This document shows positions 1 through 12,802 of a stretch of 64,000 nucleotides of DNA, in pieces. The DNA is from Octopus vulgaris (taxonomy: Eukaryota): the NCBI GenBank assembly GCA_951406725.2, contig OX597816.1, positions 22,382,001-22,446,000 on the forward strand. The letters run 5' to 3'. The notes under the pieces are model-generated. The model had not been told where the DNA came from and searched no databases. It saw only the letters and a program-made list of their open reading frames with translations. Each line of letters opens with the position of its first letter. The first letter of the stretch is position 1. A program made the translations under genes and the position numbers.

Positions 1-51
1 GTATATATATATAAAACTATGTGTATACACAAACACACACAGACACACACA

Positions 52-82
<31 letters not shown>

Positions 83-98
83 CTATGTGTATACACAA

Positions 99-137
<39 letters not shown>

Positions 138-180
138 AAACTATGTGTATACACAAACATACACACATATATATATAACT
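1..180. repeat. ~65-bp tandem repeat built from (TA)n/(CA)n, 3 copies
   Basis: TATATAAAACTATGTGTATACACAAAC recurs at about 8, 74 and 133. Confidence 0.85.
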
Positions 181-561
181 ACAGACAGGTGTGTACACCT
201 TACTTGGTCTTGGTGGTGGTGGTGGGTGTGTGTGTCTAGGAAATTGGCAGAATTATTAGTGGTTAATAGAATAACTCACGGTATTTGCTTCGATTGCTTA
301 CTACGTGATTTCAAATCTCACCTAACATACCGCTGTCTTTCGTAGTTTCACTTTCGATATTAAATTACAAATTCAGTGTCGTTTTTGCAGAAACGTTACA
401 GCATCTCGGCTGTTCTGTTTGCAATCATTTCTGACACGGTATTGTATATAAAGTTGTTTTGACTGTAATATAATTGAACATCATCAGAGGCGAGTCGAGA
501 GGAAACATACAGGCATGAGAAAATGTAAGTCGTGAACGAAATAAAAATTACCTATACATGA

Positions 562-941
562 TGGAAGCACTCCGTCGGTTACGACGATGAGGGTTCCGGT
601 TGATCCGAATCAACGGAACAGCCTGCTCGTGAAATTAACGTGTAAGCGGCTGAGCACTCCACAGACACGTGTACCCTTAACGTAGTTCTTGGGGATATTC
701 AGCGTGACACAGAGAGTGACAAGGCCGGCCCTTTGAAATACAGGTACAACAGAAAGTAAGAGTGAGAGAAAATTGTGGTGAAAGAGTACAGCAGGGATCA
801 CCACCATCCCCTGCCGGAGCCTCGTGGAGCTTTTAGGTGTTTTCGCTAAATAAACACTCACAACGCCCGGTCTGGGAATCGAAACCGCGAACCTATGACC
901 GCGAGTCCGCTGCCCTAACCACTGGGCCATTGCGCCTCCAC
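562..941 (-). mobile_element. tRNA-derived SINE family A, full length
   Basis: Minus strand starts GGAGGCGCAATGGCCCAGTGGTTAGGG (A box) ... GGTTTCGATTCCC (B box); homologous to 5688-6053 and 18603-18979; flanked by near-identical TACC(T/C)ATACAT (possible TSD). Confidence 0.9.
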
Positions 942-1579
942 TACCCATACATACACACACCATACACAAACGCGCGTACATACACAAAAACACACGGACA
1001 CACACATACATACATATATAGAGAGAGAGAGTGAGATGTGATGTAGTGGTATTCTCTCGAACGTGAGTTCTGCAAATTCTTGCTCAACAGTTGCCATACA
1101 CGATTGGTTTCTAGTAATGAAATCTCCATGGGGCACTTCCACCATCAAGTCGATATCACTTGAAAAGCTGTATGGTGTTTCTCACGTAAGATGTCCATGT
1201 GGTCCCAGAGCAACGTCAAATTATGTTAAGTTATTTGCTCAAGAACTCATCACTCGGTCTGGGAATCGAACCTACGAACTCACTATCTCGATCAGAACAC
1301 CTTGCACTCTCAGTCATGTGCCCTTACATACACACACGCACGCACACATGTATATACACTTGGACAAGCGCGCAAGCGCACACACCCATAGTATTGGGAG
1401 ACATGCACCAGTTCAGTGTCTGAAAAGTTTGGGAGATATTAGTGTTGACAATACCAGAAAACGGATGGCTGCACCATATTACGAGTAATTCTACGCCGAA
1501 GCTTACCCATTGGGGTTATAATGTTCCTTGGCAGAACTATATAAGTTAGGCAACTTCAGTGTTATCCCTTCAGTTAGGC

Positions 1580-1674
1580 GTTTTATAAACGCATTCTACC
1601 AGTGTAAGAAGTTTAAAAGTGTTTAGTAACGTGGAAATTATTTTTAAAAACTGCCGTTCAAACCGAAAGGATCC
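1580..1674 (+). mobile_element. Right-end fragment of TIR MITE family F
   Basis: Matches 5235-5328, ending AAAAACTGCCGTTCAAACCGAAAGGATCC. Confidence 0.8.
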
Positions 1675-2957
1675 CAAACATTTGTCGATGATCTGTAGAA
1701 GAACCGCAGATAATTCTTTTATGCACAACTAATGAACACTTTATAATAAATGGAACATTAAGACAATATGCATATTCCTGAGGAAAGTTAATTGACTTAC
1801 TCGAAACGAATTAATCTTATTCTAGAGGTTTAGCGTCGATGTTTGACTGATAATGATGTATATGTCATCCCTATATTGTTCTCCATACAACTGCCAAGGA
1901 AGATGTTGAAGAAAATAATTCAGAAAACTATTCTAATTTCTGATAATCCAATTTCCATAATAAAAATGGTAATAGGGTAAATTCCATAATATTTATGTAT
2001 AAATCTGTCAGGAAAAGAGGTTCTTATAATTCACGAATCCACTTAATGTAAACTCGAATACCACTTCTATCACGTAATATACCTGAATACTGTTGAGTTT
2101 AGTGTTAGAATATTCTGAGGGAAACATTCGTACGATTTAGGTAAATACGTTTGTTGATTTAATTAATATCTTGCCTTCAGAGGTCGAACAATGTAAAACA
2201 ATGGATAAACCAACTGCAGCATTCTATATTGAGAAGGTGTTTATTTAGTGCTTTGTTTGTCACAGAATTGTATCTTCAAGTGATAGTTAAATGCGACCCG
2301 CATTTACAAGATCATCTCAAGATAATAAGTGTATTTCTTCCTGGAAGCTTGTTTATTATCATCGATAATTAGACACTTAATTATACACAATGCCACTTAT
2401 ATGCTTGGCTGCGTAATATCATTCAGTAACAATACATAAGCAGCTCGATAGGGATAATTGGATAAACGTATTCAATGATAAAAGGCTCTTTTGAAATAAT
2501 GAAGTTTCCTATATGAAATAAAGCAATTGTGTCCAGGAAAAGGCTTTCAGGTTCTTAACATTATCACACAAGTTAGAAGCTAGTTATCCTCAATCGCTGG
2601 ATATTGAACGTTTGGTATTTAGCAGATATATTTGTTTCAGCCATTATCAAATCACACATCGCTTTCAATATTTTGATATCAGTAACACAGGAAGATTATA
2701 ACGGAAGGAAAATAGAGTAATAATACACGTCTGCTTCAAATAAGAGGTTATTCACCACTAGAAGCATATTGCAGAATTAGTTAAATATTGTGTATTTAAA
2801 GAAACGAAAGAACGTTTTACAAACATTGTATCGTTAGGTTCTAGGTTCAAATCCTTTCCAAGCAAGTTGTGATTTTCATCCCTTCGGTGCTGGAAAAGTG
2901 ACGCACGAGCCAGCTATTGAGGTTGATTTATTCAAACTGTTCCTTCTCCGAGTTGCC

Positions 2958-3200
2958 ACTATTATTATTATTACTATTATTATTAATATTATTATTCATA
3001 CTATTACTATTATTACTATTACTAATATTATTACTATAATTATTATTATTACTATTCTTACTATCATTACTATTACTTCTATTCTTACTATTAGTATTAC
3101 TATTATTATTACTATTATTATTATTATTTCTACTGTTATCATTACTATTACTACTATTATTCATATTAATATTACTATTCTTAATATTGTCAGTAGTAGT
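2958..3200. repeat. Degenerate (ATT/ACT)n trinucleotide tract
   Basis: Seen directly; explains the Ile/Thr-rich and Asn/Ser-rich ORFs 2898..3233 and 2928..3272. Confidence 0.9.
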
Positions 3201-3208
3201 AGTTCTAG

Positions 3209-3440
3209 TGTGGTGAGCTGGCGGATTCGTTAGACTGAGAAAAATGCTTAGCGGCATTTCGTCTGTCTTCACGTTCTGAGTTCAAATTCCATCGAGGTCG
3301 ACTTCGCCCTTCACACTTTCGGGGGTCGATAAATTAAATACCAGTGTAACGCAGGGATCGATGTATCGTCTAGTCCCCTCCACGCAAATGTGAGGCCTTC
3401 TGCCTCCAGTAAAAATCATTATTATTATTATTATTATTAG
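3209..3440 (+). mobile_element. SINE family B, tail type 2, ending in (ATT)n
   Basis: GGTGAGCTGGCGGA head, GAGTTCAAATTCC B box, CTTTCGGGGGTCGATAAATTAAATACCAG central domain, CCCCTCC...GGCCTT tail. Confidence 0.85.
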
Positions 3441-3745
3441 AGTAGTGAGATGGTAGTATTGTTACACGTTGGGTAATAGGTCTTGTAGTATTTGTCACTC
3501 TCCTTGCATTCTTAATTATAATTTCTCCTTTCTAGCATTACCAAACTATATTACTTGGAAAATTATAATATTTCTTTTTGCAGTTTCCGATAGTATAATA
3601 AATTTATGTTTGGCTGAAATATATGTGTAAGGAAAAGTCCTGATATACTGAGAATAATTAGGGAAATGCCATGTTAAGGATTTAATTATTCATCTTAGAA
3701 TTATTACAGTATGATTCATATGTAAATGAATAAACATGTTCATAT

Positions 3746-3980
3746 CTATTTCTTTACTACCCGCAAGGGGCGAAACACAGAGAGGACAAATAAGGAAAGA
3801 CAAACGGATTAAGTCGATTACATCGACCCCAGTGCGTAACCGGTACTTATTTAATGGACCCCGAAAGGATGAAAGGCAAAGTCGACCTCGGCGGAATTTG
3901 AACTCAGAACGTAGCGGCAGACGAAATACCGCTAAGCATTTCGCCCGGCGCGCTAAGGATTATGCCAGCTCGCCGCCTTA
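3746..3980 (-). mobile_element. SINE family B, tail type 1
   Basis: Reverse complement of the family B sequence seen at 48183-48414 and 56728-56960. Confidence 0.9.
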
Positions 3981-4909
3981 ATAAGAATTTTACATTAGTT
4001 GTGGGGAAGACACTCGGCAAGAAATGGAAACAAAATTGAAAGAATAATAATAATCATTTATTAACCACAAAATCCAATAATATTAATAGTAATGATGATG
4101 AAGAAGGCTCGTGTGTGGGTGGATAAGAATAAGATATAAATTTTAAAGAAGCAGGGAAATACACATCTGTCTGTCCCGTTTCAGTCGATAAACAACAAGT
4201 TAATTCAACGTTAAGTATCGAGATGCAATACCACAGATCATTACAGCAGAGTCACCGACAAAAAATTACATAGCAACATTCCTTAAACAGACACAAACAA
4301 ACGCAAGCAAAGCAAAGAAGATCAATAACTGATTTAGCTACAAAAACTTTACTGCGATACAGATTAACAGCGATAATTTGAAAGAATCTGCATGTATCAG
4401 ACCCTGAGCTACGGTAACTTCTCGACTCTTTAGTTAAGCAGAACCTAGGGGGAATCTATAAGACACGAGATAATGGAGAAATTGTAACAAGTCTAGACAG
4501 TTCCAATATATTTTATTTCTCTCTTGTATTATACTTCGGTTCCTACTTGAATTCTAACGTTGTAAATATGTTTTAAGTATATAATCTAAAGTCTACAATA
4601 GATGTATAGAAATCTGAGTTTACATACATATGAAAATTGCCTTTTCATGAAATATCTCAATGTAATTGCAATTTTCCTCATAATATCTGAAAATGGACTT
4701 CCCTGTATTAAGATATAATAGAAGTTTTATATTTAATTAAAAAATAGACCACTGTATTCTCTCAAGTGCTAAGAGAAATTTTCCGCTTATAACTCATCTC
4801 AGAACATAAGATGTAAATCACTATACACAACATTATACTTGTTGCTAGCAGTAATTTAAATTTATGAGTAAACATACCAACTGTATCACGCGTCTTCCAT
4901 TGAGTTTAT

Positions 4910-5328
4910 GGAAATTTTCGGTTTGAACGGCAGTTTTTTCTAGCGGTGTCATATGAAATTGTCACCCATAATTATGACCATAGTATCGATCTATTGCATT
5001 TCAATCTGTTTTAGGGTTAGAGTTAGGACTGGTTAAGGTTGGAGGGAAGGGTATCTTTTTTTTCTTCAAAAATGTAAATAAACCCAATCTGTTTCTTACG
5101 CGAGGGCCATTTTCATTCGGCACAGAATGTTTTCACCTCAATAGACGTCATTGATTGGTTAAAATTGAAGAAAAAAAACAACAAATATCTTACAAACTAT
5201 AGAATTTTCTCAATAAAACCAAGAGAAAAAGATGTTTTATAAACACATTCTACTAGTATACGAAGTTTAAAAGTGTTTAGTTACGTGGAAATTATTTTTA
5301 AAAACTGCCGGTCAAACCGAAAAGATCC
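4910..5328. mobile_element. Complete MITE (family F) with ~28-bp TIRs and 8-bp TSD; GG termini and 8-bp TSD would fit Merlin, superfamily unconfirmed
   Basis: Left GGAAATTTTCGGTTTGAACGGCAGTTTTT, right AAAAACTGCCGGTCAAACCGAAAAGATCC; GAGTTTAT at 4902-4909 and 5329-5336. Confidence 0.85.
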
Positions 5329-5687
5329 GAGTTTATTCATAGTTATTGTAGCAACAACCGAAATACTTTCAATGAGAAAAGTAAAAATATAAATTATATA
5401 CACTACTGTAATTTATATACGTACTTAACAATAATATAACAGTATGGCTCAGTAAGAGAATGGGATAAGTATTAATACTTTTAAAAATAAACTAAAATAT
5501 ATTATGTGCTGTTTCCTACTAGGTTATAATTACCTTTAATTACCTGTAACTTCAAACTAAGAGATGCCCACACTGTTTTTCTCTAAATTTTAAATGTAAT
5601 ACAGCAAAGAAAAATTGTAATCCAAAGAGATTAGCACACACACACACAGTGAAATAGAGAAAGCTACCTAACTATTACAATCGTCTA

Positions 5688-6053
5688 GTGGAGGTGCAAT
5701 GGCCCAGTGGATAGGGCAGCGGACTTGCGGTCGTAGGATCGCAGTTTCGATCCCAGGCCTTGCGTTCTAAGTGTTTATTGAGCGAAAACATCTAAAGCTC
5801 CACGAGGCTACGGCAGGGAGTTGCCTTGAACCCTGCTGTACTCTTTCACCACAACTTTCTCACACACTTTCTACCTGATTCTGTTTTACCTGTATTTCAA
5901 AGAGCCAGATTTGTCACGCTGAATCTCCCCGAGAACTGCGGTAAGAGTACACGTGTCTGTGGAGTGCTCAGCCACTTGCCAGTTAATTTCACGAGCAGGC
6001 TGTTCCGTTGATAGTATCAACTGGAACCCTCGTCGCCACAACCGACTGAGTAC
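5688..6053 (+). mobile_element. SINE family A, full length with TSD
   Basis: A and B boxes; TSD CAATCGTCTA at 5678-5687 and 6054-6063. Confidence 0.9.
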
Positions 6054-7199
6054 CAATCGTCTATTAAGCTAATCCTTGTACATGAACATCTAGTGCCTAA
6101 TACCACATATACCAACTCAAACTATATGAAAATATTTATCAATGGATTAATAGCAATACATTACCATTTATATTGTCTTATAACACAGAAGCCATTATTT
6201 ATAAATTTGTCTTACCTCTATGAAACCGTGCTTCACGTTGCAAGAAGTCGATGCCAATAACGACTTTGATATTTCTTCTTTTGGCAACAACGACAGCAGA
6301 GGTGAAGAAGAATCAGTTGTCAATACTGAGTAATTGAAAGAAAAATTTTCAAGTACAAGAAAAAATAAAGGGAGATTTGAAGAAAAATTTTTTTATAAGA
6401 ACAAAGATGAAAATATATAATACTTGGGATTGGCGGGCAAATCTACTCATCTTCAAAATTCTACACAACAATAATTTGCATAACTCTAGGATTTCTAGAT
6501 ATTATAATAATATGCAATATGAGGCACCTGCGATATATACAGAAGTCAGTGTATTCAGCTCGCGGTTGTAAGGTCGTGATTACTGATGGCGCGTTGTCTC
6601 TTTTAGCAAGACACTTATTTCTTTATTTGGCACTACGGCCACAACACAGAGAGGGACACTACAAGGACAGACATAACACCACAATGGGGACATAAAGCGA
6701 ATGAGAATGAGATGTTATATAAAATTGAAGAAATGGAATGGCTGCATGGTACTCCCATGCAGTACCATTTGAACGTTTATGTACACTGTTTACAATCGTT
6801 CTATTTTCCTTATTGTTTTTTTCTTAATCCTCTTTTTTCTCTCTGTTTTTTTACATGAAACACTTTTGCTTTTTTGTCCTTCTTTCAAAAAAAAAACAAC
6901 AATTTGTCTTTTTAATACCTCATGAAAGGCTCTAAGTCTTTTAGGTCTACTACTGGTAACAGTTCGTCGATCTCCACCAACACTCCAGGCGGGTCAGTGT
7001 TGTCTCTGCACGTCTCTCAGTCTCTTTCATGTGTCTTTGTCGACCACAATTGCCTTCACATTTTCAGAATATATATCCGCGGATAACCTCACTCTTATGA
7101 TATGCTAAAATTTTAAAATTTTCTTTTCCGATTCTTTGTTTTTCGCTACTATATCTTATACCTGCAGGCATTCACAGATTTCCTTCGCAGAGATGTATA

Positions 7200-7783
7200 C
7201 ATTTCTACACTTGGCACAAGTCCTGAAATTTGGGGGGGAGGGGCCAGTCGATTAGATCGATCCCAGTATGCAACTGGTACTTGATTTATCGACCCCAAAA
7301 GGGATGAAAGGCAAAGTCCACCTAGGCGGAACTTGAACTCAGAACGTAGCGGCAGACGAAATACCTATTTCTTTACTACCAACAAGGGGCCAAACACAGA
7401 GAAGACAAACAAGAACAGACAGACGGATTAAGTCGATTACATCGACCCCAGTGCATAACTGGTACTTAATTTATCGAGCCCGAAAGGACGAAAGGCAAAA
7501 TCGACCTCAGCGGAATTTGAACTCAGAACGTAGCGGCAGACGAAATACCTATTTCTTTACTTCCCGCAAGGATCTAAACACAGGGAGGACAAACAAGGAC
7601 AGACATAGGTATTAAGTCGATTACATCGACCCCAGTGCGTAACTGGTACTTAATTTATCGTCCCCGAATGGATGAAAAGCAAAGTCGACCTCGGCGGAAC
7701 TTTGAAATCAGAACGTAACGGCAGACGAAATACTGATAAGCATTTCGCCCGGCGCACTAATGATTCTGCAAGCTCGCCGCCTT
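7200..7783 (-). mobile_element. SINE family B trimer (head, tail1 unit, tail1 unit, tail2 unit)
   Basis: Three copies of the central domain joined by plus-strand GACGAAATACCTATTTCTTT junctions. Confidence 0.9.
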
Positions 7784-8937
7784 GTTCACAGAGATATATA
7801 TAAAAAGAAAACTCTATGAATACACCAGGATATATATCCCTTTCCATAGTCTTTAAACTCAAAATAATTCGTTCTTTATTAAATAAATGTTCTCACATAT
7901 ACTGGATTTCTATAGTTCCCACATTTTATATTGGCTTATTTATATCTTGCAGTTATTTGTTTCAGCTTTTAGTAGATATACGTTGTATGTATACAATTGA
8001 AAAGTTAAAGGAACAGTCAATGACTATGAGGTTTACTGCTATTTTTCCGTTGATGTGATGTCGGTCACTTAAACGCTATGGAAACTGGGTAACCGTCAAT
8101 AAGAGTTCAAATATTAGATGATGACTTTGGCGAATTTTTTTTATCTGATGTTCATAAAAGGCACAATTCATCGCTGATTTTAGTGTTGAATATTTCTGAT
8201 GACAGATTTTGGCAATCCGCTGTGAATTAACAAATTCATATTTGTGATATATTACTGTTTATTTTCAAATGTGTACCTCTAACATTCACAACGCTTTAGT
8301 TTTCGGTATTATATAAATAGCCTTATTAATATTTATTCGTAACTATTTTATTGTATGTACAGCTGAATTCAACATAAAAGACATTGATATATTGGTGTTC
8401 TTTATGGGATAAAATATTGTTTAACTTTATAATCAATCTTACAATATTTGTACATTTTTATATATTGGCCCAACAGGCATTTGAATTGTATTCGCTTACT
8501 AATTTGATTCCGGTATAAAGGTTAAATATGACAGAAAACAACCGCTCAAATGCTTATAACTACTGTGCCTTTGTTTGCGACGTAATATACGCATTGTTAT
8601 GTAAAATGAAAACCGGGTCTGCTTAGCGTTACTTTAATATATCACGCTTAAAATTGAACGAACAGCAAATGCATTCTCACTAAGTAAAACAAAAATAGAT
8701 TTATTGATAGTTAATGCTACAAAAAGAATTACGTTTTCTATTTTTTATATAATCCAGATTTTTGTTTTCATCATAATGAATGCTTTTGTCAATTATAACT
8801 AATATCATTACAAATAGCTCTGGCTTTAAACCTAATGTATCATGAATCCAAGATGAACGATAAAAGATGGGTAACTGCAAAAATATATGGAAGAGTGATG
8901 AAAACTATGCTACTATTTCAACGACTTTTGCTGAGAA

Positions 8938-9337
8938 TAACCCTTTCTGCTATGGACACAAGGCCTGAAATACGGATGGGGAGGGGACTAGTTGATTACG
9001 TCGATCCTAGTGTTTCACTGCTATTTAACTTATCGACTCCGAAAGGATGAAAGTCAAATTCGACCTCGGCGTAATTTAAACACAGAACGTAGCGACTAGT
9101 GAAATACCTATTTCTTTATTACCCACAAGGGGCTAAACACAGAGGGGACAAACAAGGACAGACATAGGTATTAAGTCGATTACATCGACCCCAGTGCTTA
9201 ACTGGTACTTAATTTATCGACCCCGAAAGGATGAAAGGCAAAGTCGACCTCGGCGGAATTTGAACTCACAACGTAACGCAGACGAAATACCGCTAAGCAT
9301 TTCGCCCGGCGTGCTAACGTTTCTGCCAGCTCGCCGG
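8938..9337 (-). mobile_element. SINE family B dimer (tail1 unit then tail2 unit)
   Basis: Same junction GAAATACCTATTTCTTT at about 9101-9117. Confidence 0.85.
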
Positions 9338-9361
9338 TTTACCCCAGTAGTAGTAGTCGTA

Positions 9362-9542
9362 GGGATCTTTCCACTTTGACCGGCAGATTTAAAAAATAAT
9401 TTTTTGTAACTAAACACTTATAAAATTCCTATACAGGTAGAATGTTTCACATAAAACATCTTTTTCTCTTGGCGTTCTTGAGAAAATTCTGTAGTTTGTA
9501 AGCTATTTGTTGTTAAATTTTCTCATATTTCGGCAATTTCAA
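9362..9542 (-). mobile_element. Partial MITE related to family F
   Basis: Begins GGATCTTTCCACTTTGACCGGCAG; reverse complement resembles 5160-5328. Confidence 0.7.
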
Positions 9543-9775
9543 CTAACCCCAAGATTCCGTGTTCGATTCCATTCAGTGATCTGAATAATAATAATAATAA
9601 TAATAAAAATAATAATAATAACAATAACAACATCGAAAATTACCTTAGGAATGAGAACCCAGGTTTGGAATTTCCCCAAGACATCCGATGAAGGCTGGAG
9701 GGTATATCAGCCGAAACGTTGTGTTAACAACAAACAAGATAAGGACAATTATCTGTCAAATGTAAATAATGTACA
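9542..9775 (+). mobile_element. SINE family C, 5'-truncated, hammerhead core mutated (CCGATGA)
   Basis: ACTAACCCCAAGATTCCGTGTTCGATTCC, (AAT)n, then ACATCCGATGAAGGCTGGAGGGTATATCAGCCGAAACGTTGTGT. Confidence 0.85.
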
Positions 9776-9794
9776 ACATCCATGTGAGTGATTA

Positions 9795-9990
9795 TCCTTT
9801 CTCCTATAGGCACAAACCCTGAGATGTTGTCGGGATTGGGCTAGTAGATTACGTCGACTCTGTGTCAACTGGTACTTATTACATCGAGCCGAAAAGTAGG
9901 AAAGACGAAGTCGGACTCAGACCGCGAAGACGGACGAAATGCCACTAAGCAATTTGTCCGGCGTGCTACAGATATTACAAACGCGCCGCT
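9795..9990 (-). mobile_element. Old, diverged SINE family B copy (tail 2)
   Basis: Degenerate match: AACTGGTACTTATTACATCGA, GACGAAATGCCACTAAGCAATTTGTCCGGCGTGCTA. Confidence 0.7.
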
Positions 9991-10163
9991 TTCAATTATA
10001 ATTGACAGTAAAAAGACCATTACTATTGAGTAAAAATAGCAAACCCCACTGAAGAACAAAAAGAAGATACAACACAGCTTGTACTCGCATGTGCCCTGAA
10101 CGCATGCAATAAAAGTAAAACCATCGAATACGATTACTAAAATATTAATAAAAGTTACTCATA

Positions 10164-10480
10164 GGCGCAGGAATGGCTGCGTGGTAAGTTGCTTGCTTAC
10201 TAACCACAAGGTTCAGAGTTCAGTCCCACTGCGTGGAACCTTGGGCAAGTGTCTTTTATTATAGCCTCGGGCCGATTAAAACCTTGTGAGTGGATTTGAT
10301 AGACAGAAACTGAAAGAATCACATCGTGTGTGTATATATGGGGGGGGGCTGTGTTTACGGAAAAACAGACTGCTAGAATAAGTACTAGGCTTACAGGGAA
10401 TAGGTCCTGGGGTCGATTTGTTCGACTAAAGGCGGTGCTCCACCATGGCCTCAGTCAAATGAATGAAATAAGTAAAAGAG
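10164..10480 (+). mobile_element. tRNA-derived SINE family G with internal deletion
   Basis: GGCGCAGGAATGGCTGCGTGGTAAG head, GAGTTCAGTCCC B box, 3' end GGCGGTGCTCCACCATGGCCTCAGTCAAATGA. Confidence 0.85.
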
Positions 10481-11129
10481 TAACCGAATTCTAATATCAT
10501 TCAAATCGTATTTTATAAAGGCGCGAGTGGAGGCAACTGGTTTTGTTATTAATATATTCCAGTCACGATTTAATGAACCCTGGAGATATGATACACGGAT
10601 TATACAATGAATAGTCCTTTGATTAAAAGCTCTAGTTATGCTAGTATTGTATCCGCCCCACAAACAATAATGCGGTGATGAAAATTATTGAATTACAGAT
10701 TTAAGCTTTTGTTGTATTATATTCGCTAATGGTAACCTTGGATTTCATTCTTCCCTTATTGATATTGGTTATAGTAATATTCCTTGATAGCTTCGTGTAA
10801 TTAACGTTATACCATAAGCCATCTCACTAAATGTCAATGAAATTAAAATACGACAATTAGACTAAATCGACACGCTCTATGGCAAATCATTCTCTAGTGT
10901 CCAGGTAAAAGATCAATGTCGATATTAACAATACATAAACCTAGTAGTGATAGTTGTTCGAACATCATTTATGGTAAATATGCTGGTGGTGACGAAGGCC
11001 GTAATACTAATGAGGGGAATTGTAAATACAAGGATGATCGTATTTGATGAAGGCGATGATGAAACTGAGTCCATTTTGAAACTGGAAGAGTTATCGATGC
11101 CTTCAACTACCAACAAATATTTAGATGTC

Positions 11130-11620
11130 TTGCAAACAACTTGCACATGCAAGTGCTACCAGTCAAAAACTCCGAATATCGGAAGCCAGCAAGTGTATGG
11201 GGTCATCAGGAGAGAATGCGCGCCGTTTCGGGGCCTACCTCTCGACGACATCAATGCGCACTGATATGAAGGCCCGCTTGCTAGATCAACTGGTTATCAA
11301 ATAAAGCTCAATATTCTTCTAGCCATCGCTCATCGTCTCTTTTTAACCAATCCAGTGGCTAGCCTTTTCCAATATAGCTTAGATATCAGTCAAGGTCGTA
11401 TTGACTTTACGATGAGTTAGGCCTAACGATAACAACAGTTGTCTCACACTGTGTCCAACAAACCCTCTACATCCAACTTCGATTGGAAAATGCTCTGCTT
11501 TCCAGCCTGCGTCTTCACATTCCTCGAGGAGGTTTACGTAGCGGTCAATCTTTCGAGTCCGAGCGGCGTCCATGTTATCTTCATGAGGAACCGTTAACTC
11601 GACTAGATTTACAACTTTCC
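11130..11620 (-). pseudogene. 3' end of an RLE-type non-LTR retrotransposon (HERO/NeSL-like), disrupted
   Basis: Minus strand reads VNLVELTVPHEDNMDAARTRKIDRY...WKAEHFPIEVGCRGFVG..., then a stop, EKASHWI, a frameshift and WLKRDDERWL; ELTVP/RK..RY/EVGCRG is the C-terminal restriction-like endonuclease signature. Confidence 0.8.
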
Positions 11621-12699
11621 TTCTTTCACATCAACAAATATTTAGAAAACTTAATGAATAAGTTGCTAAGCTTTTCTAATTAATGACTATATGAAATATA
11701 CTGCAAATTTGAGCAAGCGCTAGTTCTAGACATGATTTTGTAGCCCTTATATAAAATGAATAAAAACAAATATTATTCACATTGTGCTGAATTTATCAGA
11801 TCGTATGCGATAAACAAATTTGTTTAACGCTCCTCGGTACGATCGCTAACTGTAAAGGAATTTTGGTAGTTTTCAATTTTCGATCATGAGTTCAAGTCTT
11901 GTGCAGGATTTTTATTATTATTATTATATATTCTTGAATAAAGAATAGATTTCAGAGGAAATTTTTACACAATGTTTAACAACAATTAAACAACATTATT
12001 TCTGAAGAAACTTACCCGTTTCAAAAAAGCTAAAAGTGAAACATTGGGAATTTGTAGCTTTTTCAAAGTGTTGAGGTGATGGGTGCATGTTGGAAAGGTA
12101 ATTTTAGTTTTTCTTTAAGAAAAAAGAAAATTCTTAACGATTCGTATTGTCTGTATTTTCCTCTGTGGATTACCGAGAAACAAATTCGAAATACGTAAAA
12201 AAAAAATTAAAAAATTTGGATGGGGAGGGAGAAAATTAGAATATTGAGAACATGTTTTGGGGGGCGAAATCCTAATCTCTTGTGTTGAAAGCATAGGAAT
12301 CTGAAGATATTTAGGAAATGTCACCTCGGACATGCTAAAAACAACAGGCAAAGGACAGGATTTCTGGGAGATGTCCTTTTAAATTTGTATTGAAGATCAG
12401 GTTTTTAAATACGCTCATCATAAACACGAATTACAGAATAGAAAAAGGCGATTTCAATTAGACTTGAGCTGTAATTTTGCGCATGCTCATAGCAAGAAAT
12501 AGCATGATACATACAGAAGTTTTACCTAGAGAGAGAGTGTGTGAGTGCGAGCGTGCGCATTTGTGTGTGAATGTGTGTGCGCGCGCACGTGTATGTATGT
12601 GGCATTCTTTTGTTAGAAGCAGGAAAGTTGTCAACTCAATCATATGGTCGATCATATGGGATCATATGATTGTTCGTTAATTTCCGTAATTTTTTATTT

Positions 12700-12771
12700 A
12701 TTTATTTATGCTTTCAAGAGACCAAAAATTGAAAGTGAGGAAAAAAGTGCTTGTGTACGTGTGTGTGAGAT

Positions 12772-12802
<31 letters not shown>

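Noticed and set aside
5688-5765. tRNA-like sequences with A and B boxes
   Set aside because: All are heads of SINE families A, B, C, G or V and continue into SINE bodies; no standalone tRNA seen
9194-9379. Recurrent peptide NWYLIYRPRKDERQSRPRRNLNS that looks like a gene family
   Set aside because: It is the antisense translation of the SINE B central domain in every case
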